DNA from: Candidatus Eiseniibacteriota bacterium
GTDB lineage: Bacteria; Eisenbacteria; RBG-16-71-46
DNA: 64,000 nucleotides
Assembly (NCBI GenBank): GCA_044223005.1
Contig: JBGAML010000015.1
Span: 1-64,000 of the forward strand
Direction: 5' to 3'
Part shown: positions 1-9,137 of the stretch, in pieces
Layout of the letters: each line of letters begins with the position of its first letter
Numbering within the stretch: the first letter of the stretch is position 1
The notes under the pieces: generated by a model
The model's database searches: none
The model's input: the letters and a program-made list of their open reading frames with translations, nothing else
What the model was told of the DNA's origin: nothing
Position numbers and translations under genes: made by a program

Positions 1-2
1 CG

Positions 3-1784
3 CTGGCGGCGATCGCGCGGCGGCTCGCGGCGGAAGGCCCGGCGCGGCTCGCGGCCCTGGCGGGAGCGGTGCTGCTCGCCGCGGTCGCGGCGGTGGGCGA
101 GGCGCTGCTGCTGCGTGGCCTGCTGCGCATCGCCGCGCATCCGCAGGCGCCGCACGCGGCCGCGATCGCGGCGGGCGCGGTCGCGTTCTTCGCGTTCCTG
201 CTGCTGCTCGAGCTGCCCGTGCGCGTCGCGCTGGCAGGACTCGGGCGCCGGCTCGAGCTGGCGTTGCGCGAGGCGATCGACCGCAAGCTGCCGAAGCTCG
301 CCAGCCGCTACCTGCGCAGTCGCCCGGCCGCGGACCTCGGCGAGCGCGCGCACAGCCTGCAGCTGCTGCGCACGCTGCCCTCGCTCGGGGCGCAGGCGCT
401 GCGCGTCGCGCTGCACCTGCTCTTCACCGCGGCGGGGCTCACGTGGCTGTTCCCGGCCGGCGTGCCGTGGATCGCCGCGATGCTGGCCGTCGGGCTCGGC
501 CTGCCGCTGCTCGGGCAACGCGTGCTCGCGGAGCGCGAACTGCGCGCCCGCACGCACGTCGGCGCGTTGAGTCACTTCTACCTCGACGCGCTGCTCGGCC
601 TGGTGCCGGCGCGCACGCACGGCGCGGAACGCTCGCTGCGCGCCGAGCACGCGGAGATGCTCGGGCGCTGGCGCGGCGCGAGCCGGCAGTTCCTGTCGGC
701 CACCGTCGCGCTGCAGGCGGCGCAGTCGGTCGCCGGACTCGCGCTGGTGTTCGCGCTGCTGCACGCCTACGGGCGGACGCACGGCGATCCGGCGAGCGCG
801 TTGCTCCTCCTTTACTGGGCGCTCGGCCTGCCCGCGCTGGGCGAGGAGATGGCGCGGCTGCTCGCGCAGCTGCCGCTGCAGCGCAACGTCGCGGCGCGTG
901 TGCTCGAGCCGCTCGCGGCGCTCGAGGAAGCGAGCTTCCTGGGCGGCGACGACGCGGCGCCGGAACCGCCCGCGCCCGCCGGGGGCGCCGCGTTCGCGTT
1001 CGAGGACGTGCGCGTGCGGCTCGGCGGCCGCGAGGTCCTGCGCGAACTCGCGTTCGCGGTGCCGCCGGGGCAGCACGTGGGCATCGTCGGACTCTCGGGC
1101 GCGGGCAAGTCGAGCCTGCTCGGCTGCCTGCTCGGCTGGAACCGCGCCGCCACGGGAGTGATCCGCGTGGACGGCGCGCCGCTCGACGTGACGCACGTGC
1201 GGGCGCTGCGGCGCGCGAGCGCGTGGGTCGAGGAAGGCGTGCGGCTCTGGAACACGAGCGTGCGCGAGAACGTGGCGTTCGGCCACGGCGAGGCCGACGA
1301 CGCCGCGATCGCGCGGGTGCTCGAGACGGTCGAACTGGCGGACGTCGTCGAGCGCCGCGGCGGCCTCGACGCCGCGGTGGGCGAGGGCGGCGGACTCTTC
1401 TCCGGCGGCGAAGGCCAGCGGCTGCGGCTCGCGCGCGCGCTGCTGCGCCCCGGCGTGCGGCTCGCGCTGCTCGACGAGCCGTTCCGCGGGCTCTCGCGCG
1501 GCCTGCGCGAGCGGCTACTGGCGCGCGCGCGCGAGCACTGGCGCGAGGCGACGCTCGTCTACGTGACGCACGACGTGGCCGAGACGCTGGCGCTCGATCG
1601 CGTGCTCGTGATCGAGGACGGCCGCGTGCTCGAGGACGAAGCGCCGGCCGTGCTCGCGGCGCGCGCGGGTTCGCGCTACCGCGCGCTGCTCGGCCGCGAG
1701 CGCGACGTGCACGAGCGGCTCTGGGGCGCGCCGATCTGGCGGCGCTGGGTGCTGCGCGGCGGCCGGCTGGAGTCCCGCGCGTGA
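3..1784 (+). CDS. ABC exporter (TMD+NBD) of RiPP cluster, 5'-truncated by window edge
   Basis: Frame open to window start; TM helices; Walker A GLSGAGKS, signature FSGGEGQR, Walker B LLDEP, H-loop VTHD. Confidence 0.88.
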   Translation: MAAIARRLAAEGPARLAALAGAVLLAAVAAVGEALLLRGLLRIAAHPQAPHAAAIAAGAVAFFAFLLLLELPVRVALAGLGRRLELALREAIDRKLPKLASRYLRSRPAADLGERAHSLQLLRTLPSLGAQALRVALHLLFTAAGLTWLFPAGVPWIAAMLAVGLGLPLLGQRVLAERELRARTHVGALSHFYLDALLGLVPARTHGAERSLRAEHAEMLGRWRGASRQFLSATVALQAAQSVAGLALVFALLHAYGRTHGDPASALLLLYWALGLPALGEEMARLLAQLPLQRNVAARVLEPLAALEEASFLGGDDAAPEPPAPAGGAAFAFEDVRVRLGGREVLRELAFAVPPGQHVGIVGLSGAGKSSLLGCLLGWNRAATGVIRVDGAPLDVTHVRALRRASAWVEEGVRLWNTSVRENVAFGHGEADDAAIARVLETVELADVVERRGGLDAAVGEGGGLFSGGEGQRLRLARALLRPGVRLALLDEPFRGLSRGLRERLLARAREHWREATLVYVTHDVAETLALDRVLVIEDGRVLEDEAPAVLAARAGSRYRALLGRERDVHERLWGAPIWRRWVLRGGRLESRA

Positions 1785-3898
1785 GCGCGCCGGCCGGGAT
1801 GCCCGCGAACGTCGCGGCCGCGGCGTGGCCGCCGGAGCAGCTCGGCGAGGCGCTCGGTGCGCTCGCGCGCCACGTCGCGGGCGCCGGCGCACCGGATGCG
1901 GCGTTCGCCGCGAACGTGCTCGCGGATCCGCCGCGCCTCGCGCGCGCCGTCGCCAACGAGGCCGAGCGCCTGGGGCTCGACGCGCACGAGGTCGCGTGCG
2001 CCTACCGCGAACTGGCCGCGCGGCTGCCGCGCGCGCTGCCCGCGCTCGTGCTGCTGCCGGGTGAGGGCGCGCCGCACGCGCTCGTGCTCCTGCGGGGCGG
2101 CCGCGAGCGTGTCGTCGCGCGCGCGCCCTCGGGCGCGGCGGTGACCCTGCCGCTCGCGGACGTGCGCTCGGCGCTCGCGGCCGAATGGGAGCCCCCGCTG
2201 CGGCCGGCGATCGGCGCGCTGCTCGAGCGGCTGCCGCCGGGTGGGACGTCGCGCGAGCGCGTGCGCGAGGCGCTGCTCGGCGAGCAGCTGCATGCGATCC
2301 CGCTCGCCGGGCTGTGGTCCGTCCGCCGCGCGGCCGGCGCGCCGCCCGCGGCGCTCGCGCGTTCGCGCGGGCTGGGCGGCGCGACGGCGCTGCTGCTCGC
2401 CGCGCACGTCGCGCAGCTGGCCGGGACCGTGTTCGCGTGGGCGACGCTCGGCCGCGCCGCGCTCGCGGGCACGATCGGCACGCACGCGCTCGCCACGTGG
2501 GCGGCGATCGTCGTGGCGATGATCCCCGTGCGGCTGCTCGTGACGTGGGCCGAAGGCATCGTGGCGCTGCGCGCGGGGACGCTGCTGCGCGAGCGGCTGC
2601 TGCTCGGCGCGCTGCGGCTCGCGCCCGAGGAGATGCGCCACGAAGGCGCCGGCGCCCACCTCGGACGCGTGCTCGAATCCGAGGTGGTGGAACTCGCGGG
2701 CGTGACGGGCGCCGTCACCGCGCTGCTCGCGCTCGTCGATCTCGCGGGAGCGGTGTGGGTGCTCTCGCGTGGCGCCGGCGCGCCGCTCGTGCTGCTCCTG
2801 CTCGCGGGCTGGCTGGCGCTCATCGGCGCGCTCGGCCGCTCGCTGCGCATCGCGCGCGCGCGCTGGACGGACGCACGCGTCGCGCTCACGCGCGACCTCG
2901 TCGAGCGCATGACCGGGCACGAGACGCGCCTCGCCCAGCTCGCCGACGACGCGGGCGCACGCGAAGCGGCGCTGCGCGTGGAGTACGCGCACCGTTCGCT
3001 CGTGTACGACCGGCTGGAGGGCGTGTGGTCCGCCCTCGGCGGCCGCGGCTGGATCCTGCTCGCCGTCGCCGCGTTCGCGTTCCTCGTGCGCCAGGGTGGA
3101 GCGGTCGGTCCGCTCGCGGTGACGCTCGGTGGCCTCCTGCTCGCGCAGCAGGCCGTCGCGCGCCTCGCCGCCGGCTCCGGCCAGCTGATCGCCGCGGGCC
3201 TCTCGTGGCGCGCCGTGGCCGCGCTCTTCGCCGCGGCGTCGCGCGCGGAACGGTGCGGCGATCCGCGCGCGGCGGAGGAGGCCGGCGCGGCGCTGCTCGC
3301 CGCCGAGACGATCACGCACGCCCCGGCCGCGGAGGCGCCGCCCGTGCTGCGCGAAGTGGCGTTCGCGATCGCGCCGGGCGAGCGCATCCTGCTCGAGGGC
3401 GAGTCGGGCAGCGGGAAGTCGACGCTCGTCTCGCTGCTCTCCGGCCTGCGCGAGCCCGCGCGCGGCACGCTGCTGGCGCGCGGCCGGTCGCTCGCGGTCC
3501 TCGGGCGCGATCGCTGGCGGCAACTCGTCGCGACCGCGCCGCAGTTCCACGAGAACCACGTCTTCTCGGGGAGCCTCGCGTTCAACGTCCTGATGGCGCG
3601 CCGCTGGCCGCCCGGGCCGGGAGACGTCGAGGCCGCCGAGTCGGCCTGCCGCACCCTCGGGCTGGGGCCGCTGATCGACCGCATGCCGGGCGGCATCCAC
3701 CAGGTCGTGGGGGAGACCGGCTGGACGCTCTCGCACGGCGAGCGCAACCGTATCTTCCTCGCGCGGGCGCTGATGCAGGACGCGCGGCTGCTCGTCCTCG
3801 ACGAGAGCTTCGGGGCACTGGACCCCGATACCCTGGCGGAAGTGGTGTCCCGTGTGCTCGAACTCGACCACGCCGTCGTCGTGGCGGGACACTTTTGA
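1781..3898 (+). CDS. ABC exporter with probable degenerate C39-like N-terminal domain
   Basis: GTGA overlap with upstream stop; Walker A GESGSGKS, non-canonical signature LSHGE, Walker B VLDES; N-terminal HALVLL...VVARAPSG resembles C39-like fold. Confidence 0.85.
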   Translation: MSAPAGMPANVAAAAWPPEQLGEALGALARHVAGAGAPDAAFAANVLADPPRLARAVANEAERLGLDAHEVACAYRELAARLPRALPALVLLPGEGAPHALVLLRGGRERVVARAPSGAAVTLPLADVRSALAAEWEPPLRPAIGALLERLPPGGTSRERVREALLGEQLHAIPLAGLWSVRRAAGAPPAALARSRGLGGATALLLAAHVAQLAGTVFAWATLGRAALAGTIGTHALATWAAIVVAMIPVRLLVTWAEGIVALRAGTLLRERLLLGALRLAPEEMRHEGAGAHLGRVLESEVVELAGVTGAVTALLALVDLAGAVWVLSRGAGAPLVLLLLAGWLALIGALGRSLRIARARWTDARVALTRDLVERMTGHETRLAQLADDAGAREAALRVEYAHRSLVYDRLEGVWSALGGRGWILLAVAAFAFLVRQGGAVGPLAVTLGGLLLAQQAVARLAAGSGQLIAAGLSWRAVAALFAAASRAERCGDPRAAEEAGAALLAAETITHAPAAEAPPVLREVAFAIAPGERILLEGESGSGKSTLVSLLSGLREPARGTLLARGRSLAVLGRDRWRQLVATAPQFHENHVFSGSLAFNVLMARRWPPGPGDVEAAESACRTLGLGPLIDRMPGGIHQVVGETGWTLSHGERNRIFLARALMQDARLLVLDESFGALDPDTLAEVVSRVLELDHAVVVAGHF

Positions 3899-4306
3899 CG
3901 TGACGCGGCTCCGCCGCGTTCGCTAGGGTTCCGGCGCGCGCAGTGCGCGATGGCCCGTTCGGCCATCGGATGGCTGCGCGAGCCACGACGGATCGCGTGC
4001 GCCGGCTCCCCCTCTGGTCGCGCGGTTACATGGCCGCGGTGGATCCCTGACCGGGCACCTGCCGCGGCCTCGTCATGTCCGGTGCGCGGGCCGTTGCGTG
4101 ATCCCGAACGCCGCGCGAGTCCCGCGCGTGCGCCGGCGATTTGGCTGGGGTGGCGCTTTGGCGCTCTGCTACGGTCCTCGCCGGTTCGTTCGCGAAGCCT
4201 CCGGGGCGTGTTCGCTCGCGCGAGGCGCGGAGCTCTTCGCCAGCGCGCCGAACGCGAAGCGCCCTTCGGGGCCATGATGCCCACGCCGAAGCCAAGGAGC
4301 AGGGAC

Positions 4307-4456
4307 ATGACCGAGAAGAAGATCGAGCAGCCGTTCTTCGCCCGCTTCCTCCAGAACCAGGCGGCCGCGCAGTTCCCGCAGGTCCAGACGGAGATCCAGG
4401 CCGGCCGCAAGCTGCCGGAGACGATGAAGTACCCGTCGGACCGCGACGAGATCTGA
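4307..4456 (+). CDS. Microviridin/marinostatin-family graspetide precursor peptide (49 aa)
   Basis: AGGAG RBS; MTEKKIEQPFFARFLQNQAAAQFPQVQTEIQAGRKLPETMKYPSDRDEI contains the PFFARFL leader motif and TxKYPSD core. Confidence 0.95.
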   Translation: MTEKKIEQPFFARFLQNQAAAQFPQVQTEIQAGRKLPETMKYPSDRDEI

Positions 4457-4463
4457 TCCGGAA

Positions 4464-4539
4464 CGCCGGCGCGCGATCCTCGCGACCGCGCGCCGGCGAT
4501 CGGCCGCGGCGGCATCCCACCGGGATCGCGCCGCGGCCG
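4464..4539 (+). other. Two tandem GC-rich hairpins between precursor and ligase
   Basis: CGCCGGCGCGCG (4464-4475)/CGCGCGCCGGCG (4487-4498) and CGGCCGCGGCG (4501-4511)/CGCCGCGGCCG (4529-4539). Confidence 0.7.
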
Positions 4540-4562
4540 CTCCGTTTCGTTCCTCCGCAACC

Positions 4563-5576
4563 ATGGCCGCCGACCCCACGGTCCTCATCGTCACGCGTCG
4601 CGACGACGATGTCGTGACTCCCGCCGTCGTTCGCGCGATCGAAATGCGCGGCGGCCACGCTGTGCGCTTCGACACGGACGATTTTCCCGGCGAGGCGGAG
4701 CTGGTCGCTCGCCTCGAACCGGGTGCGGACCAGCTCGAGCTCGTCACGCGCGAGGGCCGTTTCGACCTCGCGGAGGTGAGCGCGATCTGGCACCGCCGGC
4801 TCGCATTCGGGGGCCGGCTGCCCGAGTCGTTTGAGCCGCGCATGCGCGACGCCTGCCGGCAGGAAGCACGCGCGAGCGCGATGGGCCTGCTCGCGAGCCT
4901 GCGTGCGTTCCGGCTCGACGTGGAGCGCGAACTGCGACGCGCGGAACACAAGCCGCTGCAGCTGCGCGTCGCGCGCGACGTGGGGCTCGAGGTGCCGGCG
5001 ACGCTCGTCACCAACGACGCCGGCGCCGTGCGCGCGTTCGCGGCCGAACGCGCCGGCGGCGTGGTGACCAAGATGCTGTCGTCCTTCGCCGTGTTCGAGG
5101 GCGGGGAGGAGAAGGTCGTGTTCACGAGCGCACTCGGCGCCGACGACCTCGAGCACCTCGACGGGCTGCAGTGGAGCCCGATGACGTTCCAGGAGCGCGT
5201 CCCGAAGGCGCTCGAGCTGCGTGTCATCGTGGTCGGCGATCGCGTGATGGCCGCGGCGGTGAATTCTGCGGCGCACGCCGGCGCCGAAGTCGACTGGCGA
5301 CGGCTCGGACCCTCGCTGCAGGGATTCTGGAAGCCGCACGTGCTGCCCGACTCGGTGCGCGACGCCGTACTGCGGCTGATGGACACGTTCCAGCTCAACT
5401 ACGGCGCGCTGGACTTCATCCTCACGCCCGGCGGACGCTACGTGTTCCTGGAGATCAACCCGGCGGGCGAGTTCTTCTGGATCGACGCCGCGCTCGATGG
5501 CGCGATCTCCGGTGCACTCGCGGACGTGCTGCTCGGCCGCGCCCGGCGGCGCGAAGGCGCCGCGACGATCCGTTGA
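4563..5576 (+). CDS. ATP-grasp ribosomal peptide maturase, MdnC/MvdD (ester-forming) type
   Basis: SAIWHRR, KPLQLRVARDVGLEVPATLVTN, TKMLSSFA, MTFQERVPKALELR, FLEINPAGEFFW; adjacent to precursor. Confidence 0.92.
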   Translation: MAADPTVLIVTRRDDDVVTPAVVRAIEMRGGHAVRFDTDDFPGEAELVARLEPGADQLELVTREGRFDLAEVSAIWHRRLAFGGRLPESFEPRMRDACRQEARASAMGLLASLRAFRLDVERELRRAEHKPLQLRVARDVGLEVPATLVTNDAGAVRAFAAERAGGVVTKMLSSFAVFEGGEEKVVFTSALGADDLEHLDGLQWSPMTFQERVPKALELRVIVVGDRVMAAAVNSAAHAGAEVDWRRLGPSLQGFWKPHVLPDSVRDAVLRLMDTFQLNYGALDFILTPGGRYVFLEINPAGEFFWIDAALDGAISGALADVLLGRARRREGAATIR

Positions 5577-5626
5577 CGCGCTTCGTCCGCGCCCGGCGCG
5601 GTCGCTGGCGTGCCCGGAACGCGCGA

Positions 5627-5635
5627 TGCTAGAAT
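5627..5635 (+). promoter_or_regulatory. Extended -10 promoter element for tRNA
   Basis: TGcTAGAAT about 19 nt upstream of tRNA 5' end. Confidence 0.5.
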
Positions 5636-5653
5636 GCCCGTCCTCATTTGGGG

Positions 5654-5728
5654 GGCGGCATAGCCAAGTGGTAAGGCGAGCGCCTGCAAAGCGCTTATTC
5701 CCCGGTTCGAATCCGGGTGCCGCCTCCA
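5654..5728 (+). tRNA. tRNA-Cys (GCA)
   Basis: Acceptor GGCGGCA/TGCCGCC, D-arm GCCAAGTGGTAAGGC, anticodon stem AGCGC-CTGCAAA-GCGCT, T-loop GGTTCGAATCC, encoded CCA. Confidence 0.97.
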
Positions 5729-5810
5729 AGTTTCCGCCCCGCGTCGCTCCGCAGGGTCTCCGGCGGGCGCCGACGTTGACCCGGCACCAGCCCCCGCCTA
5801 CGGTCGTCGA

Positions 5811-7784
5811 ATGAAACCGACCCCTCCGCCGCCCGGCGTGGACTCGATCGCCCTCGCGCGGCTCCGGACCCTGCCCCAGCAGCGTGACGTGTGGGAACTC
5901 GCGATCGCGCGCACGCCGACGTGGGTCGCGCCGGACGGCGTGCGGCCGTATCGCCCGCTGCTCACGCTCTGCCACAGCGCCGCGGCCACCAAGCTCGGCA
6001 CGGGCGATCTCATCGCCCCGGGTGAGCCGATCGGGCCGCCCGCGATGTCCGCCGTGGCGCAGCTCGCCGTGACGAAGGGGGTGGGCTACCGCCCGCAGCG
6101 GATCGAGGTGTGCGATCCGGAACTGGCCGACGCGGTCCGCGACGACCTGGCCCGGTGCGGCATCGAGCTCGCCGTCGTGGAACGGCTCGGAGTGCTGGCC
6201 GACGTCATCGCGGACATGTTCCGGCGCTTCGGCGGCAAGGCCGCGTCCGTCCGGTTCTTCGAGCCCGGCGCCGACGTCCGGCGGATCCGTGCGTTCGCCG
6301 AAGCGGCCGTCGCGTTCCACGGTGCGGCACCTTGGAACTACCTCGACGACGAAGACCTGGTCGTGGTCGAGTCCCCGAAGGCCCCCCGCGGACTCGGCTG
6401 CTTCACGGTGCTCGGCGCGGGCGGACTTCAATGGGGCCTGGGCTTCTTCCCGACGCGCGTGGCGTTCGAGCGCTTCCACGACTCCGAGGTGCCCGCGCCG
6501 CACGTCGCCAAGTCGGGGCTCTGGCTCATGAGCTTCGACGAGCCGAGTGGCTGCCCCATCGCCGACTCGGAGCTCTGGGAGGAGCACGGCCTGCCGGTCA
6601 CCGGCGAGGGCGAGCTGCCTGCGCTCCTCTGCCACATGCCCGACGGCACCTCGCGGCCGGCCGACGCCGAGCGCCTCGCGTTCGTCGAGGCCGTGCTCCG
6701 CGCACTCGCCACGACGACGGAAGACGAGTTGGACCGCGGCCGCTGGACCAAGGTCGTCGCGACGCACGACGGCACCGTCACGCTCGAGCTCGCCCTGCCG
6801 GAGATCCTCGAGGCCGAGGCGGACGGCGAGAATCGCGTAGCCGGGCGCGGTGGCGGCGGGCCGGACCGCCGCCTCACGGAGCGGACGCTGCGCGACGTGC
6901 GAGAGATGATCGCCCGGAACGAGTTCCAGTCGGCGGAGGAAGTGAACGCGTACCTGGCCGCACACGCCGGGAAGGTGCCCGCGCGCCCGCCCGCGTCGAC
7001 ACCGGAAGAGCGGGCGCAGGAGCTGGTCGACCGCGCCTTCGACGAGGAGGGGCGGCTGCGGATCAAGCTCGCGCGCGAGGCGCTGCGGCTCTGGCCGGAC
7101 TGCGCCGAGGCGTGGCTGATCCAGGCCGAAGACATGCCGGACGACGTTCGGCGTCGCGAGCTCTACCGCAACGCGCTCGCGGCGGCGGAGCGCGCGCTCG
7201 GCCCCCGGCCGTTCGCCGAGGACGTGGGCCATTTCTGGAGCATTCTCGAGACGCGACCGTACATGCGGGCGCGCAACGGTCTCGCCGGCGCGCTGTGGGA
7301 CGAAGGCGCGCACGACGAGGCGCTGGCCCACTGGATGGACCTGCTGCGGCTCTGCCCCGGCGACAACCCGGGCGTGCGAAACATGCTCGTTCCGCGGTTG
7401 CTCGAAGTGCGCCGCGACGACGAGGCCGCGGCGGTGCTGGCGCGCTACACGGACGACCGCCTCGCGCTGCTCGGGTACGCGCGTGTGCTGCTCGAGTTCC
7501 GGCGCACGGGCGCCGGACCGGCGGCGCAGGCCGAACTCGACGCGGCGATGCGCGGCAACGGCTACGTGCCCAAGTACCTCACGGGACGTGCATCGCTGGA
7601 CGGTCCGCTTCCGGAAGGGTTCATCCCGGGCTCGGACGACGAGGCGTTCATCGCGGCGAGCGTCCTGCTTCCGTCGTGGAGCTCCACGGAGGGCGCGATC
7701 GCGTGGCTCGGGCGCTCGATCCGCCCGCCGAAAAGCGAGCGGCGGGCGCAGCGCGGCCAGAAGCGGACGAAGAAGCGCAACTAG
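5811..7784 (+). CDS. Hypothetical protein with C-terminal TPR-like helical domain
   Basis: 657-aa ORF with host-like codon usage; C-terminal helical repeats (AREALRLWPDCAEAW, ETRPYMRAR, LLRLCPGDNPGVR). Confidence 0.75.
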   Translation: MKPTPPPPGVDSIALARLRTLPQQRDVWELAIARTPTWVAPDGVRPYRPLLTLCHSAAATKLGTGDLIAPGEPIGPPAMSAVAQLAVTKGVGYRPQRIEVCDPELADAVRDDLARCGIELAVVERLGVLADVIADMFRRFGGKAASVRFFEPGADVRRIRAFAEAAVAFHGAAPWNYLDDEDLVVVESPKAPRGLGCFTVLGAGGLQWGLGFFPTRVAFERFHDSEVPAPHVAKSGLWLMSFDEPSGCPIADSELWEEHGLPVTGEGELPALLCHMPDGTSRPADAERLAFVEAVLRALATTTEDELDRGRWTKVVATHDGTVTLELALPEILEAEADGENRVAGRGGGGPDRRLTERTLRDVREMIARNEFQSAEEVNAYLAAHAGKVPARPPASTPEERAQELVDRAFDEEGRLRIKLAREALRLWPDCAEAWLIQAEDMPDDVRRRELYRNALAAAERALGPRPFAEDVGHFWSILETRPYMRARNGLAGALWDEGAHDEALAHWMDLLRLCPGDNPGVRNMLVPRLLEVRRDDEAAAVLARYTDDRLALLGYARVLLEFRRTGAGPAAQAELDAAMRGNGYVPKYLTGRASLDGPLPEGFIPGSDDEAFIAASVLLPSWSSTEGAIAWLGRSIRPPKSERRAQRGQKRTKKRN

Positions 7785-7800
7785 CTTCGGCTTCGCGCCA

Positions 7801-8040
7801 TCATTCCTCGCGCTCGCCGTTGCGCAGGTGGCCGAAGCCCGAGTCCTCGCCCAGCATCTGCTCGTCGAGCCAACGGTCGAGGATGGTCTTGCGGAAGCGC
7901 CATTCCTTGCCGAGCTTGACCGCGGGAATGCGCTTCTCCTGTGCCCACTTGTAGATCGTCTGGGGTTTCAAGCGCAGCCAGTGGGCGACCTCCTCGAGCG
8001 TGAGGATCTCGTGGTTCTCCGGGAGCCGCCGCTCGCTCAT
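7801..8040 (-). CDS. Small Xis/BldC-like (HTH_17) DNA-binding protein, 79 aa
   Basis: ILTLEEVAHWLRLKPQTIYKWAQEKRIPAVKLGKEWRFRK; ATGA overlap with upstream gene. Confidence 0.9.
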   Translation of the reverse strand: MSERRLPENHEILTLEEVAHWLRLKPQTIYKWAQEKRIPAVKLGKEWRFRKTILDRWLDEQMLGEDSGFGHLRNGEREE

Positions 8041-8846
8041 TTCGACTCCGGCTGCGGCGCGGCGAAGGGCGAGGGCCCGTCGTACGTGTGCTTCGGCGCC
8101 ACCTGCTGCGGCGTCTCGGGCTTCGGCGCGCCGTGCGTGAGCTGTCCGAGCGACCAGACGACGGCGGTGTAGAAGTTGCCCTCGTTGTGCCGGAAGAGCG
8201 CGAATGGCCGATCGCGTTCGCCGAGGAACGGCTGCAGGTTCCACGCCATCTGGATGCCGACGAACGCGAACAGCACGGCCCACACCTGCATGATCGTCAT
8301 CGCCTTCTTCGGGTAGACGCCGCGCTTCTCGCACGCGAACGCGAGCCCGTCGTGCAGCGTCACCATGCCCACGAGGCCCGCGCCGAGCACGAGCAGCACG
8401 TGCAGCAGCGTGAGGAAGTAGTAGTTGGCGCCCGTGAAGAGGAAGAAGACGCCGACCGGGATCACCGCCGCGAGCAGCACCGCCGCGAGCGCGAGTGCGC
8501 CGAGCACGAGCGCGAGCACCTGCGCGAACCGCAGGCGCGAGCCGACAAGCACCTGCACCACGAAGAAGCCGGGGAAGCAGATCGCGAGCGTTCCGAGGAA
8601 CAGCACCGGCAGCTTGAGCGCCGCCGCGAGCGCCTGGAGCGGGCCCGCGAACGCGCCCGCCGTCGCGCCATAGAGCGCGAGCAGTCCGACCAGCGTGACA
8701 AGCGCGTGCACGAGCTTGGTACCGAGCGCGACGCCTTCGGCGACCTCGGCGTAGTAGCGCTCGCGATCGCTGAGGATCTGCATCAGGAAATCGCCGTATC
8801 CACTGCGGCTGGCCGGCGCGGCGCCGGCGGTGGGAATCGAGGCCAT
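8037..8846 (-). CDS. Integral membrane protein (about 5 TM, Yip1-like)
   Basis: GGAGG RBS; hydrophobic helices; C-terminal QMAWNLQPFLG...GNFY motif. Confidence 0.75.
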   Translation of the reverse strand: MASIPTAGAAPASRSGYGDFLMQILSDRERYYAEVAEGVALGTKLVHALVTLVGLLALYGATAGAFAGPLQALAAALKLPVLFLGTLAICFPGFFVVQVLVGSRLRFAQVLALVLGALALAAVLLAAVIPVGVFFLFTGANYYFLTLLHVLLVLGAGLVGMVTLHDGLAFACEKRGVYPKKAMTIMQVWAVLFAFVGIQMAWNLQPFLGERDRPFALFRHNEGNFYTAVVWSLGQLTHGAPKPETPQQVAPKHTYDGPSPFAAPQPESK

Positions 8847-8900
8847 GGTGGGCCCTCCTCTCGAGACCCGATCCTCGGTCCCGACGGGACGGATTGCAAT

Positions 8901-8930
8901 GTTTATTATTGTTTGATCGCGTTTGATGCG
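8901..8930. promoter_or_regulatory. Three 10-bp-phased direct repeats (GTTT...) in divergent AT-rich promoter region
   Basis: GTTTATTATT GTTTGATCGC GTTTGATGCG. Confidence 0.55.
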
Positions 8931-9137
8931 ATTCGGCCGGTCGAGACCTTCCCGAGTTCGCCACGGGCTTCGGCCCCGCCAGCGGCAGCCGCGGGCGCGA
9001 GTTCCGCTCCCGAGCCGCGAGGTCTCCCGCTAGACTGGGCACCACCGGAACTTCCGGCTCGCCGCGCGCGGCGTGCCCCACTGGTCGCATGCGCCCCCCC
9101 GGGCGCTCCCGTCCCTCCCCCGGGAAAGCGTTCACAG

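Noticed and set aside
443..1780. N-terminal part of the 1151-aa ORF
   Set aside because: Arg/Ala-rich off-frame translation overlapping the first ABC gene; real start is GTG 1781
3950..4306. N-terminal extension of precursor ORF (168 aa)
   Set aside because: Non-protein-like; the RBS supports ATG 4307
4026..7331. 1101-aa minus-strand ORF
   Set aside because: Antisense shadow across the ligase, tRNA and TPR genes; typical of high-GC DNA
5654..8040. Integrative element at tRNA-Cys with excisionase
   Set aside because: No integrase in the window and no duplicated tRNA 3' end noticed by eye; the HTH gene is coupled to a membrane protein
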